Source of the DNA: Octopus vulgaris
Taxonomy: Eukaryota
Direction: 5' to 3'
NCBI GenBank assembly: GCA_951406725.2
Contig: OX597837.1
Location: 4,340,001 to 4,404,000, forward strand
Length of the DNA stretch: 64,000 nt
The position numbers were made by a program, and so were the translations under genes. Numbering within the stretch: the stretch's first letter is position 1; the number at the start of each line of letters is the position of its first letter. The notes under the pieces were generated by a model. The model made no database searches. It worked only from the letters and a program-made list of their open reading frames with translations, and had not been told where the DNA came from. Shown piece by piece: positions 48,441-63,166 of the stretch.

Positions 48441-49154
48441 AGCAGTCCAAATATGTATATATATGTACAGATATGTGTTTACATAAATGTGCGCATGCGT
48501 ATTTTATCTCCATAGCTACAGGTGCATATGCAATCCTATTAATATTGATACGTTATATGAGTGTGCATATCTATGATTCTTCTAAATTGTGTTTTATGTA
48601 CGACTTTCTATACATTTTCAGTCTTTCTCTCACACAGACACGAATATATACATAAATACATTAGTTTTAAGTTTGTGCATATGTTCTCTCGCTGTATAGC
48701 ATGTACATAGATTAACGGGCGTATGAATATACACATAAGTATGTATGAGGGTATATCGTTTATCAATTTTTTCTTTTCTTATTTCGTTATTCTGTTTCAT
48801 AAGTATGTTAATGGTTAGACGTATTTACCCTTTAAATATGTATATCGATTTTTTAATACAGTTTATTTTGACACATCGCATCTGAAGTTCAATTAACCTT
48901 TAACCCTATTTAATACTAAACATTTTTCTAAACCAGTGATTTTCAACAATATTTTGTCTGTGAAACCCTTTGATTTCTATTTAACCACATTGACCCTTCC
49001 ATGGACATTCGATGTGTAAATATCTTTTTAGAGGCACAGAGGTGACTGTGTGGTAAGAAGCTTTCCCTCCAACCACATGGTGCCGGATCATTTCGACTCC
49101 GGTTCAGAACCATTGTTCTAAACTTTGGTTTCTATTTCCAGCTGTTTTATCCTA

Positions 49155-49590
49155 TCATGTTTTATCCTTGTTTTCGTCATTTGATTTCGGCCATGCTGGA
49201 GCACCGCCTTTGGTCAAACAAATCTACCCAAGCACTTATTCTTTGTAAGCTTTGTAAGCCTAGTACTTATTCTATCGGTCTATTTTGCCGAACCGCAAGG
49301 TTACGGAGACATAAACACACCGCCATCGGTTGTCAAGTGATGTTGGGGGGACAAACACAGACAAACAAACACACACACACACACAGACACACACATATAC
49401 ACACACATATATATATACATATATACGACGGGCTTCTTTCAGTTTCCGTCTACCAAATCCACTCACAAGGCTTTGGTCGACCCGAGGATATAGTAGAATA
49501 CACGTGCCTAAGGTCCAACGCAGTGGGACTGAACCTGGAGCCATGTGGAATGGTAAACAAGCTACTTACCACACAGCCGCACCTACGCCT
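49155..49590 (-). mobile_element. Full-length SINE family A
   Basis: Head, core and tail present. Confidence 0.85.
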
Positions 49591-49653
49591 ATAATGCCTA
49601 TTGCTGACATTACTCTTTATATTTCATAAACACAAACTCTGCATACCTCCGAA

Positions 49654-49692
<39 letters not shown>

Positions 49693-49705
49693 TGCGTGGG
49701 AGGTG

Positions 49706-49910
49706 TGACTGCGTATGTACCGTTGGCGATTTTTTTTTCTTCTGTCTTCCCTTCTCTGGATCTTCCCTTCTCCTATGTTTCCGACGAAGAGCTCCGCTTG
49801 AAATGTTAAACCCTCCTTCTTTCCTTCTTTCTTTAGCGTCCAATAATACTATATTTGTTCCACGTCCTCGCGTTGTTGTGTTTTTTTTGTGCTTTCATGT
49901 TTGGATTAAC

Positions 49911-49912
<2 letters not shown>
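49706..49912 (+). mobile_element. Short element H1 in (TA)n
   Basis: GTTTCCGACGAAGAGCTCCGCTTGAAATGTTAAAC. Confidence 0.75.
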
Positions 49913-49968
<56 letters not shown>

Positions 49969-49971
49969 CAT

Positions 49972-50016
<45 letters not shown>

Positions 50017-50790
50017 CATATACATATGTATATATGCGTGCGTGTGTATATATATGTAGATAGATACACACTTATATATACATACATATATGCATGTATG
50101 CATAGATTGATGAATGTATGTACGTATACAATAAATTCGATACTCAATGGGAACCAATTAGTAGATCTTCACCATATACCGTTGGAGCACGAAATGTAAT
50201 TTATACTTGGATGAAATCCTTCATATCTTTATCTCTACATAAAGGTTATTAAATGATAGACACAAATTAATTCCGAGATGCGCGTATTCTTCCCGGAAAG
50301 TGTTTAGGTAATTCCCACATATTAATATTTAATAAGATGTCACATACGTTAATGCATAAGGAGAAACTATTTCATCAAAAAATTGTAGATTTCCTGTAGT
50401 TAGCTATTAACAATCTCGCAATACATTTCACTTATCTTTTTCTCAAAATTCTTCTCCAATCCCTTCACAAACTCTCATGATTCCTCATTATTTATGTATC
50501 TTTGAAGTTCCTGCTAACTTAATCTTATGTTATCTTTGACACAGTTACAGCTTCTTCAAATACGAATATGTAATTTTACTCTTTTACTTCCTTCAGCCAT
50601 TTGACTGCGGCAAGGCTGGAGCACTGTAGTCGAACAAATCGACTCCAGGACTTATTCTTTGTAAGCCTAGTACTTATTCTATCGGTAACTTTTTGCAGAA
50701 CCGCGAAGTTACGGGGACGTAAGCACACCAAAATCAGTTGTCACGCGATGGCTGGAGACAAATAGAGACACAAAATACGCACACATAAAT

Positions 50791-50829
<39 letters not shown>

Positions 50830-50830
50830 A

Positions 50831-51040
50831 CGCCATGATAGATCGTAAGTTCCTACACGCATTTTTTTCTCTCCTTGTTTCTCTCCTTGATTTTTTCTGT
50901 GTATCTTTCTGTCGAAGAGCGTAGGCTCGAAACCTAAAAGACTTTTTCTATTTCTACTCCTGAGCAGTATACTAATACATTTGTTTGTTTGTACTCCACC
51001 TGCCTTCGTCTTTTGTTTATTTTCGTAAACTTTCCCGTTA
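50831..51040 (+). mobile_element. Short element H2
   Basis: TCTTTCTGTCGAAGAGCGTAGGCTCGAAACCTAAAAGAC; ends at (TA)n. Confidence 0.7.
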
Positions 51041-51184
51041 TATATATATATGAATATACGTACATACATATATACATTAGTATTATTATTATAGCTATTT
51101 TTGTCTGTCAGTCTCTCAATCTATCTCTCTGGCCTGTCTGTCTATCTGTCTGACTGCCAGCCCCCCTCTCTCTATCTATCTAAC

Positions 51185-51630
51185 TCTTCAAGTATCACTT
51201 GAAAAGGAAGCTGAGACTAGAGAGGTACGTTTTGTCGAGCGAATGTTTAAAAAAAAAGATGGGTGAATGTAGCAAGGGTGGCACGTATGAATGATGAAGC
51301 CACCTTGAGCATAATCCTATGAACCCGGAAAAATTTCAAACAGTTACTTACTTGCAAATAAATCTGTTAACATGTGACATTATTGACCGAGGTTACCGTG
51401 GTCTTTCCCGTAGGCTTTTCTTTCCAAGGATAAACCTTATCTGCTTCCCTCTTTACACTTTACATCAAGACATTTCTGTGATACTGGATCCCTATTGAAC
51501 GGTTTTTCTTTATTTTTTACGATCACTTTTGATCGACCCCCCTTTTTTCTTTTTTTTCTCCCCCAAAGAAAAGCTCTACTTTGTAATTTGTCCCTTCTGT
51601 GTTCAGCCCTGTGTGGCTAATAAGGAAACA
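51185..51630 (+). mobile_element. 5'-truncated copy of a related Tx1 subfamily, in (ATCT)n
   Basis: Homologous to 33225-33655 (FKYHLKRK.., GCCCTGTGTGGCTAATAA); followed by (ATCT)n. Confidence 0.9.
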
Positions 51631-51769
<139 letters not shown>

Positions 51770-51840
51770 TTATCTATCTATTCACCTGTCTATCTCTCTA
51801 CGTACCTGTCTGTCCATATATCCCTTTAACTCCCTCTCCG

Positions 51841-51935
<95 letters not shown>

Positions 51936-52215
51936 GCCTGTCTGTCTGTCTATTTGATCTCTTTGAACTCCTGTCAACTTTCTAGATTACATTCTTCAGA
52001 GGAGCGGTAGCATGAGTAAGATGTGTGCCGTTAACTTCTCCGATTAATCAGTCTCCTATCCTCACCATCTCATTCTTTCAAAAAATTCTGTTAGCAGATC
52101 TTTATCAGATACTACTCACTCAGAGGAGGTTCTCCCGTTATAATTGCATGGGTAACCTAAATTAATGGAAAGTTTTCAAATTACTACATTATATATAGCA
52201 AAAACTACCATAAGA

Positions 52216-52262
<47 letters not shown>

Positions 52263-52521
52263 TAACTTTGATCGTGTGTGGGCGTATGTCATCTTTTTAA
52301 AGCTTTTCAATACGCACACACACCGACTTATATATATACATGCATACATACAAACACACACACACTCACGAATACTTACACACATGCACACACACAGACA
52401 CACACACTCATACGTCAACTCATACGCACGTATATGCGTTTATGTTTGTTCAGATAAGAAATGCAAATTTGAACTGCGTCATTCCGATAGAATGCGTTGC
52501 CATAGAGCTATAAGAGACTAG

Positions 52522-52552
<31 letters not shown>

Positions 52553-52699
52553 CGAGAGAGTGAGAGAGAGAGAGAAGCAAGCGAGTGAGAGAGAGAGAGA
52601 GAGAGGGAGAGAAATAGTGAGACGAGATATTCATATATGTATATATATTAAAGTATGCATATATTTGCACATGTGTATATATATATATATATATATACG

Positions 52700-52731
<32 letters not shown>

Positions 52732-52828
52732 CATATATATAAAGTATGCACTTATATGTATATATATATATATTTATATATACATAAGTATATATATATA
52801 CATATATATATTTATAAAGTATACATGA

Positions 52829-52869
<41 letters not shown>

Positions 52870-52906
52870 TCTCTCTCTATCTCTCTCTCTATATATGTAC
52901 GTATAC

Positions 52907-52960
<54 letters not shown>

Positions 52961-53431
52961 TAGATAGATAGATAGATATATATATATATTTATATTTATC
53001 TGCGCAGATATAAAGAGAATGCAAAAGAGGGTGGGAGAGAGAGAGGAGAAGAGATGCGATGCGAGTGAGGGATGAGCACCAGACAGTGTGGTGCAGCGAG
53101 TGTTGCTAAAGAAATGGAGTTCTGGGGGAACTGAATACTCTGGAAGATGCTTGAGTGAATAAATTAGTGGTGAAATGATTTTTCTGAAAAATGTAATTCA
53201 CGGAACTCTATTAAAGTTTATTCAATACCCGGAGAACACGCTGTTATGCTACAACAACAACAACAACTACAACTACAGCAAGAAAAACAACTGCAACTTT
53301 AATAACAACTGCAACAACAGCAACAATAAGAAATGATATAATCGTCGTCATCACCATCACCATCGGCTACAGCACCAATTAAAGAATATAAATTAGAACG
53401 ATAGCTGAAAGAACGTCAACGACGTAAAGTA

Positions 53432-53453
53432 AATAATAATAATAATAATAATA

Positions 53454-53534
<81 letters not shown>

Positions 53535-53618
53535 GTAATAATAATAATAATGATAGTAATGATAATAATAATAATAATAATAATGATAATAATAATAATA
53601 ATAATAATGATAGTAATG

Positions 53619-53652
<34 letters not shown>

Positions 53653-53681
53653 TAATAATAGTAATGATAATAATAATAATA

Positions 53682-53766
<85 letters not shown>

Positions 53767-54055
53767 TGATGATGATAATAATAATACTAATAATGATATT
53801 GATGATGATAATAATAATAATAATAATGATGATAATAATAATGATGATAATAATGATGATGATGATAACAATCATCATAGCATTTGCAATTTCATTAGTA
53901 GTAGTTGCAGTAGTAGAATTAGTATTAGTACTAGTAGTAGTTGTAGTAGTGGTAGTAGTAGTAATGATTGTAATATCAGTAATATAAGAACAATAGCTAA
54001 TATCATGACGATAATAATATTATTAATATAAGAATAATAGTTATGATGATGATGA

Positions 54056-54105
<50 letters not shown>

Positions 54106-54120
54106 TTAGTAGTAGTAATG
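53432..54120. repeat. Long compound (AAT/GAT/GTA)n array
   Basis: Direct inspection. Confidence 0.95.
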
Positions 54121-54439
54121 ACAATGGCAATCATCGAAGAATAGTAGGTACCCCGAAGAATTTTGTCGGCAAATGCCTTGTATTTCAATAAAGATATTCT
54201 ATATAAAGTATGCATAGAAAATAGCTTTATCACAATGGAAATTGTGTAGCAGATAAAAAAAGCCTTTAGTTTAAAAGGTTTGCTTTCATATGTTTTCAGA
54301 AAGGAAACTGGACGACCAAAAAGAGTGCATGGTTATATAAACATCAATAATGTGTCTATCTTCAAGGCGATTTGATATTCCCACTCCAACTGATGCGGCT
54401 GGTAAATATAAAACAAACGATGATAATATATTGCCATTA

Positions 54440-54647
54440 TACATCTATATATATGTATGTGTATGTGTATATGGGTATATATGCATATGATATGTTAGTG
54501 AGTGTGTATGTATGTGTTTGCGTGGGTATGTGTGTATATATATGTGTATATGTATGTATGTATGTATATGTATATGTATATATAATAATGAACGCGGCTA
54601 TACGTCATATAAGACCAAGAAGGAAAAATCATATATATATATATATG

Positions 54648-54699
<52 letters not shown>

Positions 54700-55283
54700 T
54701 GTATATGTATTTATATATATGTGTATATATATAGAGATATATATATATATATAAATATGTATATGGATAGATAAATATATGCATATATATGTATGTATAT
54801 GTATAAATATATATGTATATATATATATATAAATTTACATATGTATAAACATATATATGTATATATATATTTGTATATATATATATACATATATATATAT
54901 GTATATATATTTATATATACACATATATAGATGTATATATATATATATGTATATATGTATACATATATGCGTATATATATGTATGTATATATATATATAT
55001 ATCAATATGTGTTTGTATATATATATAGATATACTTGTATATGTGTATACATATATGTATATATATATATGTAAATATGTATATATATATATATCAATAT
55101 ATATATGTGAAAATATGTAAATATGTAACTATCTATATATATGTATATCGATGTATGTATATATGTATATATATTCATTTATATATGTGTGTATATATAG
55201 ATATTCTATATACTTACGTGTTTTCATGTGTATGCATTTAAGTGCATCATTATGCATATATTTATGTTGTTTATATATATAGC

Positions 55284-55337
<54 letters not shown>

Positions 55338-55340
55338 GTA
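54440..55340. repeat. Degenerate (TA/TG)n low-complexity tract
   Basis: Direct inspection. Confidence 0.9.
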
Positions 55341-55474
55341 TACATGTGGTTATAAGTATATGTGTTTGCTTGTGTTCTCTATGTACACAAGTACAATTAT
55401 TAAGTTTCCCGTGCATATATCAGATTTTAAAATAATAATAATAATAATATTAATAATAATAATAATAATTGGTC

Positions 55475-55990
55475 TATTAGACAAGTATATTGATTCAAAG
55501 TGACAGAAGAGTCGCATGAACATGAGCCAGAGGCAATGACGGTGAATAATAATTATAGAATTTTATAATAGAATTTCTCCTTAAAGACTGGTCGTAATGC
55601 TGAAGGAGACCACATGTGATTGTAGAAAACTAAAAGAAAAAATACTGTAAGATCATAGACTTTGTAATACTATTTAATAGTCGAGTGAATATCAGAAAAA
55701 TTGAGAATATTTCTCAATATCAGAATCTAGACATGGAGTTGAAGAATGTGTAGAAGACAACGTTTGCAATTATTTCTGTGATAATTGCCATACTTGGTGC
55801 AACACCCAACCGTCTTTACAAGAGGTTGAAAGATAATGGAATTAAGACACGCATTGTCAATCTGCAGAAAAGTGGCATTTTTGCATTCTAGACGAATCCA
55901 AAGAATGATTTTTTTTGTTGAGATCTTAAGAGACTTGTTATTACTAAACTTCAAGATAACAGCCATGCTAACAAAAGTAACATGTCATAA
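55475..55990 (+). pseudogene. R4/Dong- or NeSL-like restriction-like endonuclease (RLE) relic flanked by (AAT)n/(GAT)n
   Basis: Hand translation across frameshifts: HEHEPE..RIL*NF..RP.VIV..KKYCKIIDFVI..YQNL..EL..ISVIIAILGA..LQKS, resembling the RLE motifs RPD..IID..KY..L..VIGALG. Confidence 0.65.
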
Positions 55991-56021
55991 TTTCCATGAT
56001 GATGATGATGATGACGATGAT

Positions 56022-56097
<76 letters not shown>

Positions 56098-56100
<3 letters not shown>

Positions 56101-56652
56101 GCCCTGATGCAGCACCAGGCAGTGGCTCTCATGGCTTATGATCTTAACTGATTGGAAGTGTTATCATGTACATTGTTTTGTCTTGGTATAAAAGATGGGC
56201 TACAGCAAATATTCTGCTCAATACCACAAATTTGCTTGTCAGTTGTTTGACCGTAACCAGTTGAGCATGTCCCTTAGTGGCTGACAATATGTGCATCTCT
56301 GATCACGAGCGGAAGTAGTGGGGGAGCATCATAGCCATGTGTTGAGAGGGATTCTTTGGGGTTTGAATAATTCACCTCTGGAAACATAGGTGTTTCGTTC
56401 AACATCCTTAAACAACCCTTATTCAAGGACCTTTTGAGCGGGATGGGTTACTCGACCTGAAGAAAATTCTAACTGGGCCCCACCTGCAAGGTCATGTGCT
56501 GTTTATCTTGATATGAGATCACCATGTCGCGCACATATGGTTGTGATGCATGTGCCTGGTGTACCCTTATCAGACGGGTAGTCATGATGGGTATACTGGG
56601 CTTCGTATATTTTACCCCAGTGTCTTTGATGGCATGCACTGTTCTCTCACTC
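56098..56652. mobile_element. Second copy of the (AAT)n-embedded ~556-bp repeat
   Basis: Matches 977-1533 end to end. Confidence 0.85.
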
Positions 56653-56720
<68 letters not shown>

Positions 56721-56731
56721 TAATAATAATA

Positions 56732-56784
<53 letters not shown>

Positions 56785-56788
56785 AATG

Positions 56789-56847
<59 letters not shown>

Positions 56848-57620
56848 CAATGCCATTCATTTTTAGGAACCAGAGAACTTACTGTCCAAGTTCAGGAGGT
56901 TTTCTGTGATCGAAGGAATTCTGGAATAACCCTGCCAGACGATTCGGACAGACAACGGAATGAGAATGTCTGATAGACGTCAAAAACTGGCGCAAGTGCA
57001 TGCGCTGTAGAGATTATGGTCTCCTCGTTAATAGCTACTAGCTCTATCGATGCCTAGTGACCTGAGGTCATTGAACAAGGGGCCTTGATTCCAAGCTGAC
57101 TCCGAGCGACGCACATTTATGCACCCCTTTCTAAGAGACGTCATGTCTGTGAAAGAAAAGAAAAGAGGGTTAGGGATGATTCAACTTCGCCCTCGAGAAG
57201 GTTAACTGATCTAGTTTCCAGTCAAGCATCGAAAGGGTTTTTCAAATTGTATTTCCTTCTAAAAGGATCATGACGATAAAAAAAAATTCCCTCTTGACAG
57301 ACTATGTACGTGACTACTTTTGTATTAAATGCTTGTCTTTAAGAGTTTGTGGGGGAGGGGCGATTTGAAGAATTCACAGGCTTATTTATTGGTGGCCACT
57401 TGCCTGTCATTTAACACCCCCTTCATCAAATTTAGTGATGCTTTTCGAACAATGAAGTTGATGAACAAAGGTTCGACTTGTGTGATTTACTGTTGTTGCT
57501 GTCGTTAATTTTGTGACTATTTTTGTTTTTACTTTTATATTATTTTTTTTTGTGATTGTATTTGTGTCTAATGATTATCTTTTCAATTATTCTGTCTTTC
57601 ATTGTGAAGCTGTGAATGTG

Positions 57621-57664
<44 letters not shown>

Positions 57665-57764
57665 TACACACACAAGCACATCTATATGTGTTCTTACATG
57701 AACAGCTATACAAATATATAAATGTATGTATGTATATCTATCTCTCTGTGTCTGCCTTTCCAGG

Positions 57765-57833
<69 letters not shown>

Positions 57834-58619
57834 GTCGGGCTGTCAGTACGTCTGTCTGTCTGCCTGCCTGCCTGCCTGCCTGCTTGTCTGTCTATCTGTC
57901 TATCTGTCTATCTATCATTCTAGCATAGATCCCTTGTATATGTACATGCATATGTGTATGTGACTGTATATGTTTGTGTGTATATTTGAATATATGTATA
58001 TATCTATATGTAACAAACTAAGGAAACGAATTCTTTCAAAGGGGTGTGTAAAATACCCAATTCACTGGTATGTCTGTTGAATACCACCTAAATATGGGTA
58101 TAAAGCAAAAGCAAATTACAAACAATAAATTAAATTGAGATATACAACTGACAATGCAATAATTTATTTATATCATAGTATAACATAGTGTACTATGAAT
58201 ATAATATAATATAATATGATATAAGATAACATAAACAATTATTTAAAAAAACAAAATAGCCAACAATTTGTTTCGACTTATATACAGCTTTTGATATATA
58301 AACCATTCATTTCCCTTATATAAGTCTTACCAGAGCCAATGATTTAAAGACAGACGAAATTCCGCGCGAAAGGACGACAGGATTGTAAAAAATTATATCA
58401 AAGGCTGTGCTAGTGGAGTTAAAATTTTAGTGGTTTCTAGACCATTTGGGGTCTGTTTCTAACAGACTGGCGTTGTAATTATTCAATTCCCTTATTGTAA
58501 TTTTAATATGAATTAACCATTATGGTATTTTAGTATGCTGGCCACTGATAAATTCATTAAATAATGACTTTATCCTTATTGCATATAAAAATATGTATAT
58601 GTGTGTACATACATACATT

Positions 58620-58858
58620 GTAATCCTCTGTGGACTAGTGTACCCTGTAAGTTTTATTATCCATTTTGGAGGCTGGTAGCGCGGGGTTTTGGATTTTTCA
58701 GCATTAAACTGCATATTGTCATCCTCAGCCCATCTGTAAATTGTGTCCAACTCCTGCTGCAGGTGTGCAACATCGCTGGGATTCTGTATTTTCTGCGAGA
58801 CCTTCGTATCGTCTGCGTAGCTAGCAAGGATGGCTATCCGGGTAGCTGAGGGCATATC
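58620..58858 (-). pseudogene. CR1/L2-group RT core fragment
   Basis: DMP..SYADDTKV..LQQELDTIYRWAEDDNMQFNAEKS. Confidence 0.85.
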
Positions 58859-59112
58859 GGTTGACAAGCAATGGTGGGGGACAAAGACAGATACGCAAAC
58901 AAACAAACACACATACACACAGACACACACATATATGTATATATATATACGACGAGATTCTTTCGGTTTCCGCCTACCAGATCCACTCACAAGGCTTTGG
59001 TCAGTCCAAGGCTATAGTAAAAGATACTTGCCCAATGTATCACGCAGTGCGACTGAACCCGATCTTTGTGGTTGGGGAGCAAGCTACTTACCACACAGCC
59101 ACCTCTGCACCT
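58859..59112 (-). mobile_element. SINE family A
   Basis: Head and core motifs of family A. Confidence 0.8.
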
Positions 59113-59116
59113 ACAA

Positions 59117-59147
<31 letters not shown>

Positions 59148-59262
59148 TGTATATATATATTATTATTATTGTTTATTTACATATATATATATATAGAGAG
59201 AGAGAGAAAGTGAGAGAAAGAAACATAGATATAGATATATGGTTTATACACACACACACACA

Positions 59263-59456
<194 letters not shown>

Positions 59457-60039
59457 ATGTGTTTGAGATAAAAGCTATAATTGAGTAAAACACTGCACAT
59501 ACTCACAATTTTTTTGAAACTAACGTTAACTATTATCTCACTAAATTGTGATGGAATAACCAAGACGATCGAAATAATAAGAGATAAAAAATGTTATTGT
59601 GATATTTGATATAGCCTCTGTCTGCTAAAATATCTATTATTGTGGCTTAAATCTTGCACTGATGGCGACACTCATATTCCATTCCCAAACACTAACACAC
59701 CTATTTAAAGATAATTCCAGTGTCCAAATGTATTTATTATATACGTATGCATGTATAGATAGCTAGACAGATGTATAAATGCACACACACAAACACTCAT
59801 ATATGCATACTTACATATATACATACGTATGTATATATATATATGTGTGTGGGTACATTACCACTCAGTTACACACACATAAATAATTTTTGAAAGTTTT
59901 ATGTGAAAGGCAGGATCTTCCCATTGCACAGTTGGTGGGATTTCAAATGTTACCTCCAACTCCGAGCCTTGACCCAACTAGTTTTGCTTTTACAGTTTCT
60001 GTGCCTGCAGGACGTTTGTATTGTTTTCTATGTCGAGGA

Positions 60040-60270
60040 CGACAGATGAATACCTATTTCTTTACTACCTACAAGGGGACAAACAAGGACAGACAAACGG
60101 AATAAGTCGATTACATCGACCCCAGTGTGTAATTGGTACTTATTTAATCGACCCCGAAAGGATGAAAGGCAAAGTCGACCTCGGCGGAATTTGAACTCAG
60201 AACGTAACGCCAGACGAAATACGGTTACGCATTTCGCTCGGCGTGCTAACGTCTCTGCCAGCTCGCCCCA
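60040..60270 (-). mobile_element. SINE family B with Tx1-type tail followed by AGGTATTCATCTG
   Basis: Same tail junction as at 34571 and 40827. Confidence 0.85.
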
Positions 60271-60442
60271 TTTTATTCTTGAATACCATCAGGGATCATG
60301 ATCATCATGATCATCATCATTATCATCATCAACTACAAAGAGATTCTCTTTAACGTTGGTTGGTAGCTCAACGTTAAATCAAAAATAGAGAATAAGAATG
60401 AACGAAAGAGGTAGATAGATAAGTAGGTAAGTGTATATATAT

Positions 60443-60523
<81 letters not shown>

Positions 60524-61442
60524 GGCGAGGTTTAGCAAAGACATTCTATCTGCAAAATGATTAAAACTAACAGATTAATCCAGTGAAAATGATAAAGAAC
60601 TTCTAATCCAGAAATGCAAATGTTAGACGTTTGAAGTGACAAACGGCTAATCGAGCGGACCTTTCGATTAGCACGACACTCTTGGTAGCCAGAGTAAATA
60701 TTAATTTAAGTTCTTAGATGTAAGCAGGACCTAGCTTTGATCAGAATAACCTTTCTCTTAATATTTACAGTGTCTTGTATCCGTTCATTATTTGCTTAAG
60801 TAGATATTTACGCGATTCATCATTACTTGTCGCGGAGTCAACAATCTTTATAAAACACTCCGTTTCATCTCAGCGTGTACAAATGGCCGAAGGTAGACGA
60901 GAAATTTAATCCCACTTTCAGATAGTTTACTGAGAAGCCATGTTGTCTCTGTAGCAAAATGTTCAAGCGTGCTTTGTCTTGAAGCCAGTTACTTTAGCTT
61001 GTTTTCGCCAAGTTCAGTAGATGATATTAAGTTCGCAGAACCCACTAATCCGGGGGGAAAGTTTGTATTGATTCTTAACGAATCGTTCATAGAAGTGTCA
61101 CAAACACAATCCTCAGCCATTGTTTGCTGTTCAGTTAATATACTTTCGGGAAAGGAAGAAAGGCGTTCTCAAGCAAATTTCAACGAATTAAGCCCGGCTC
61201 TTTTGACATTTTCATTCCGCTAATGAATATTGCGTTTTAAGTATTTGAAAGCAGCGAAAATGCGGCGCTATGTGTATATATATATATATGCATATATATA
61301 TATATGCACAGAGAAATATATATTGTCTACATAATTAGAACATCATAATTTCTTATATCGATTTGCCTGTCTTATACTCTCACGGTTTCTCTTATATGTG
61401 TGTATGTATATATACATATACTCACACGCACACACACTCGCA

Positions 61443-61486
<44 letters not shown>

Positions 61487-61959
61487 CGCATATATGCATA
61501 TATAAATTATATATATTTGTCTGTGTGTATAGTTTGTATTCTCTCATATTTCTATATCTTTATAGCTCCCTCTATCTATCTATCTAAGCATATATATATA
61601 TATATATATATATGCGTGTGTGTGTGTGTGTGTGTGTGTACACACATACATATATATGCATATGTATCTGTGTATACATATACATATATGTGTTGTATAT
61701 ATACAACGCACAGACATATATATATATATACAAGTATATGTATGTGAGTATATGTATATATATATATATACGCATGTGTGTATTTACGTGTGTGTATGTA
61801 CAGAGAAATCTTGAAGTAATATATTAAATGACTATCCATTTATTAAATTAGAATCTTGCGTCATAATTTCTGCCTATGATTTCTACAGAAGATATCCGTG
61901 TGTATGGAGTAAATCATTAACTTTTCTGACACCAACACAAAAGACCGCTGAGAAATCAC

Positions 61960-62125
61960 ATTCTCTTCCACTCTAGGCACAAGGCCCGAAATGTTTATCG
62001 ACCCCTCGAAAAGATGAAAGGCAAAGTCGACCACAGCGGAATTTGAACTCAGAACATAAAGACAGACGAAATACCGCAAAGCAAAACGCCCGGCATGCTA
62101 ACGTTTCTGTCAGCTCGCCGCCTTA
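61960..62125 (-). mobile_element. SINE family B, internally deleted
   Basis: Head AAGGCGGCGAGCTG; tail GGGCCTTGTGCCTAGAG. Confidence 0.8.
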
Positions 62126-62644
62126 AATCACATTATTAAATGAAAGATTAAGTATTTGTGAGTTCTAGACAAGCCATATTGCAAAAATACCTATGGCCAA
62201 AAGTGTATAAATATTGAGTAGCCCTTTGTTTACGACAGTATATTAAGGGTTGCAGTAGTTTCAACACATAATATCTCTCTGTTTTGAAAACAAACAGGAA
62301 ATGAAGCAATGTGGTTTGTAATAGTTATTAAGTGCATTTAATGGAAGCGGTTCAAACAGCCAAGATGTTCTGCACGTGACAATGCCGACTCAGAGTTAAC
62401 TAAGGTTACATTAATTCCTTAATTCAGATTCCGAAGAGTAACCTGTTCTTATCTATTGACGTTAGCGACACACACACACACACACACCACACACACATAC
62501 ACACATGCATATGTATATGTAATCTTTTGGACTAATGGCTATGTATCATTTAGGGAGTGAAGCAAAGCACGTTCACCTTATGGGCTGCCAAATCTATCTT
62601 CCGTTTCCTTCATCAATTATACACGCGCACACACACTCACACAA

Positions 62645-62767
<123 letters not shown>

Positions 62768-62815
62768 AAGGAAGAGAGAGTGATTGAGACAGGTACAAGT
62801 ACAAACATTCATATA

Positions 62816-63166
62816 TGAGGAGGAGGAGGAGACCCCCTTTGGTCATGAATGACCATGGGATTGCACCTAGAAAATTCCCTTCCGAGGCACAAGTCCGGAC
62901 AAGGTTGTTCTGTGTAAGGCCAGCAGTAGCTCATGCATACCAGCCTCCTCTCTCCCCATCACTGATGTTATCCAAGGGAAAGGCAAAGGGGCCGATACGG
63001 CTTAGTAGCAATGATGTCGCAACACATTTCTACAGCTGAGTGAACTGGAGCAACGTGAAATAAAGTGTCTTGCTCAAGAACACAACACCCAGTCCGGTCC
63101 AGGAATCGAACTGACAACCTTACAATCGTAAGCTCTACGCTCAAACCACTGAGCCATGCGCCTTCA
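62816..63166 (-). mobile_element. tRNA-derived SINE family D with a different (RTE-like?) tail
   Basis: Head GAAGGCGCATGGCTCAGTGG..GTTCGATTCC; GTTGTGTTCTTGAGCAAG core shared with 11890; tail ..CATGGTCATTCATGACCAAAGGGGG then (CCT)n. Confidence 0.75.

Noticed and set aside
53393-53987. Poly-Ile/Leu ORFs
   Set aside because: (AAT)n array.
60540-61270. Unique-looking sequence with short ORFs, possible host exon or UTR
   Set aside because: No recognisable protein similarity or convincing splice-site pair.
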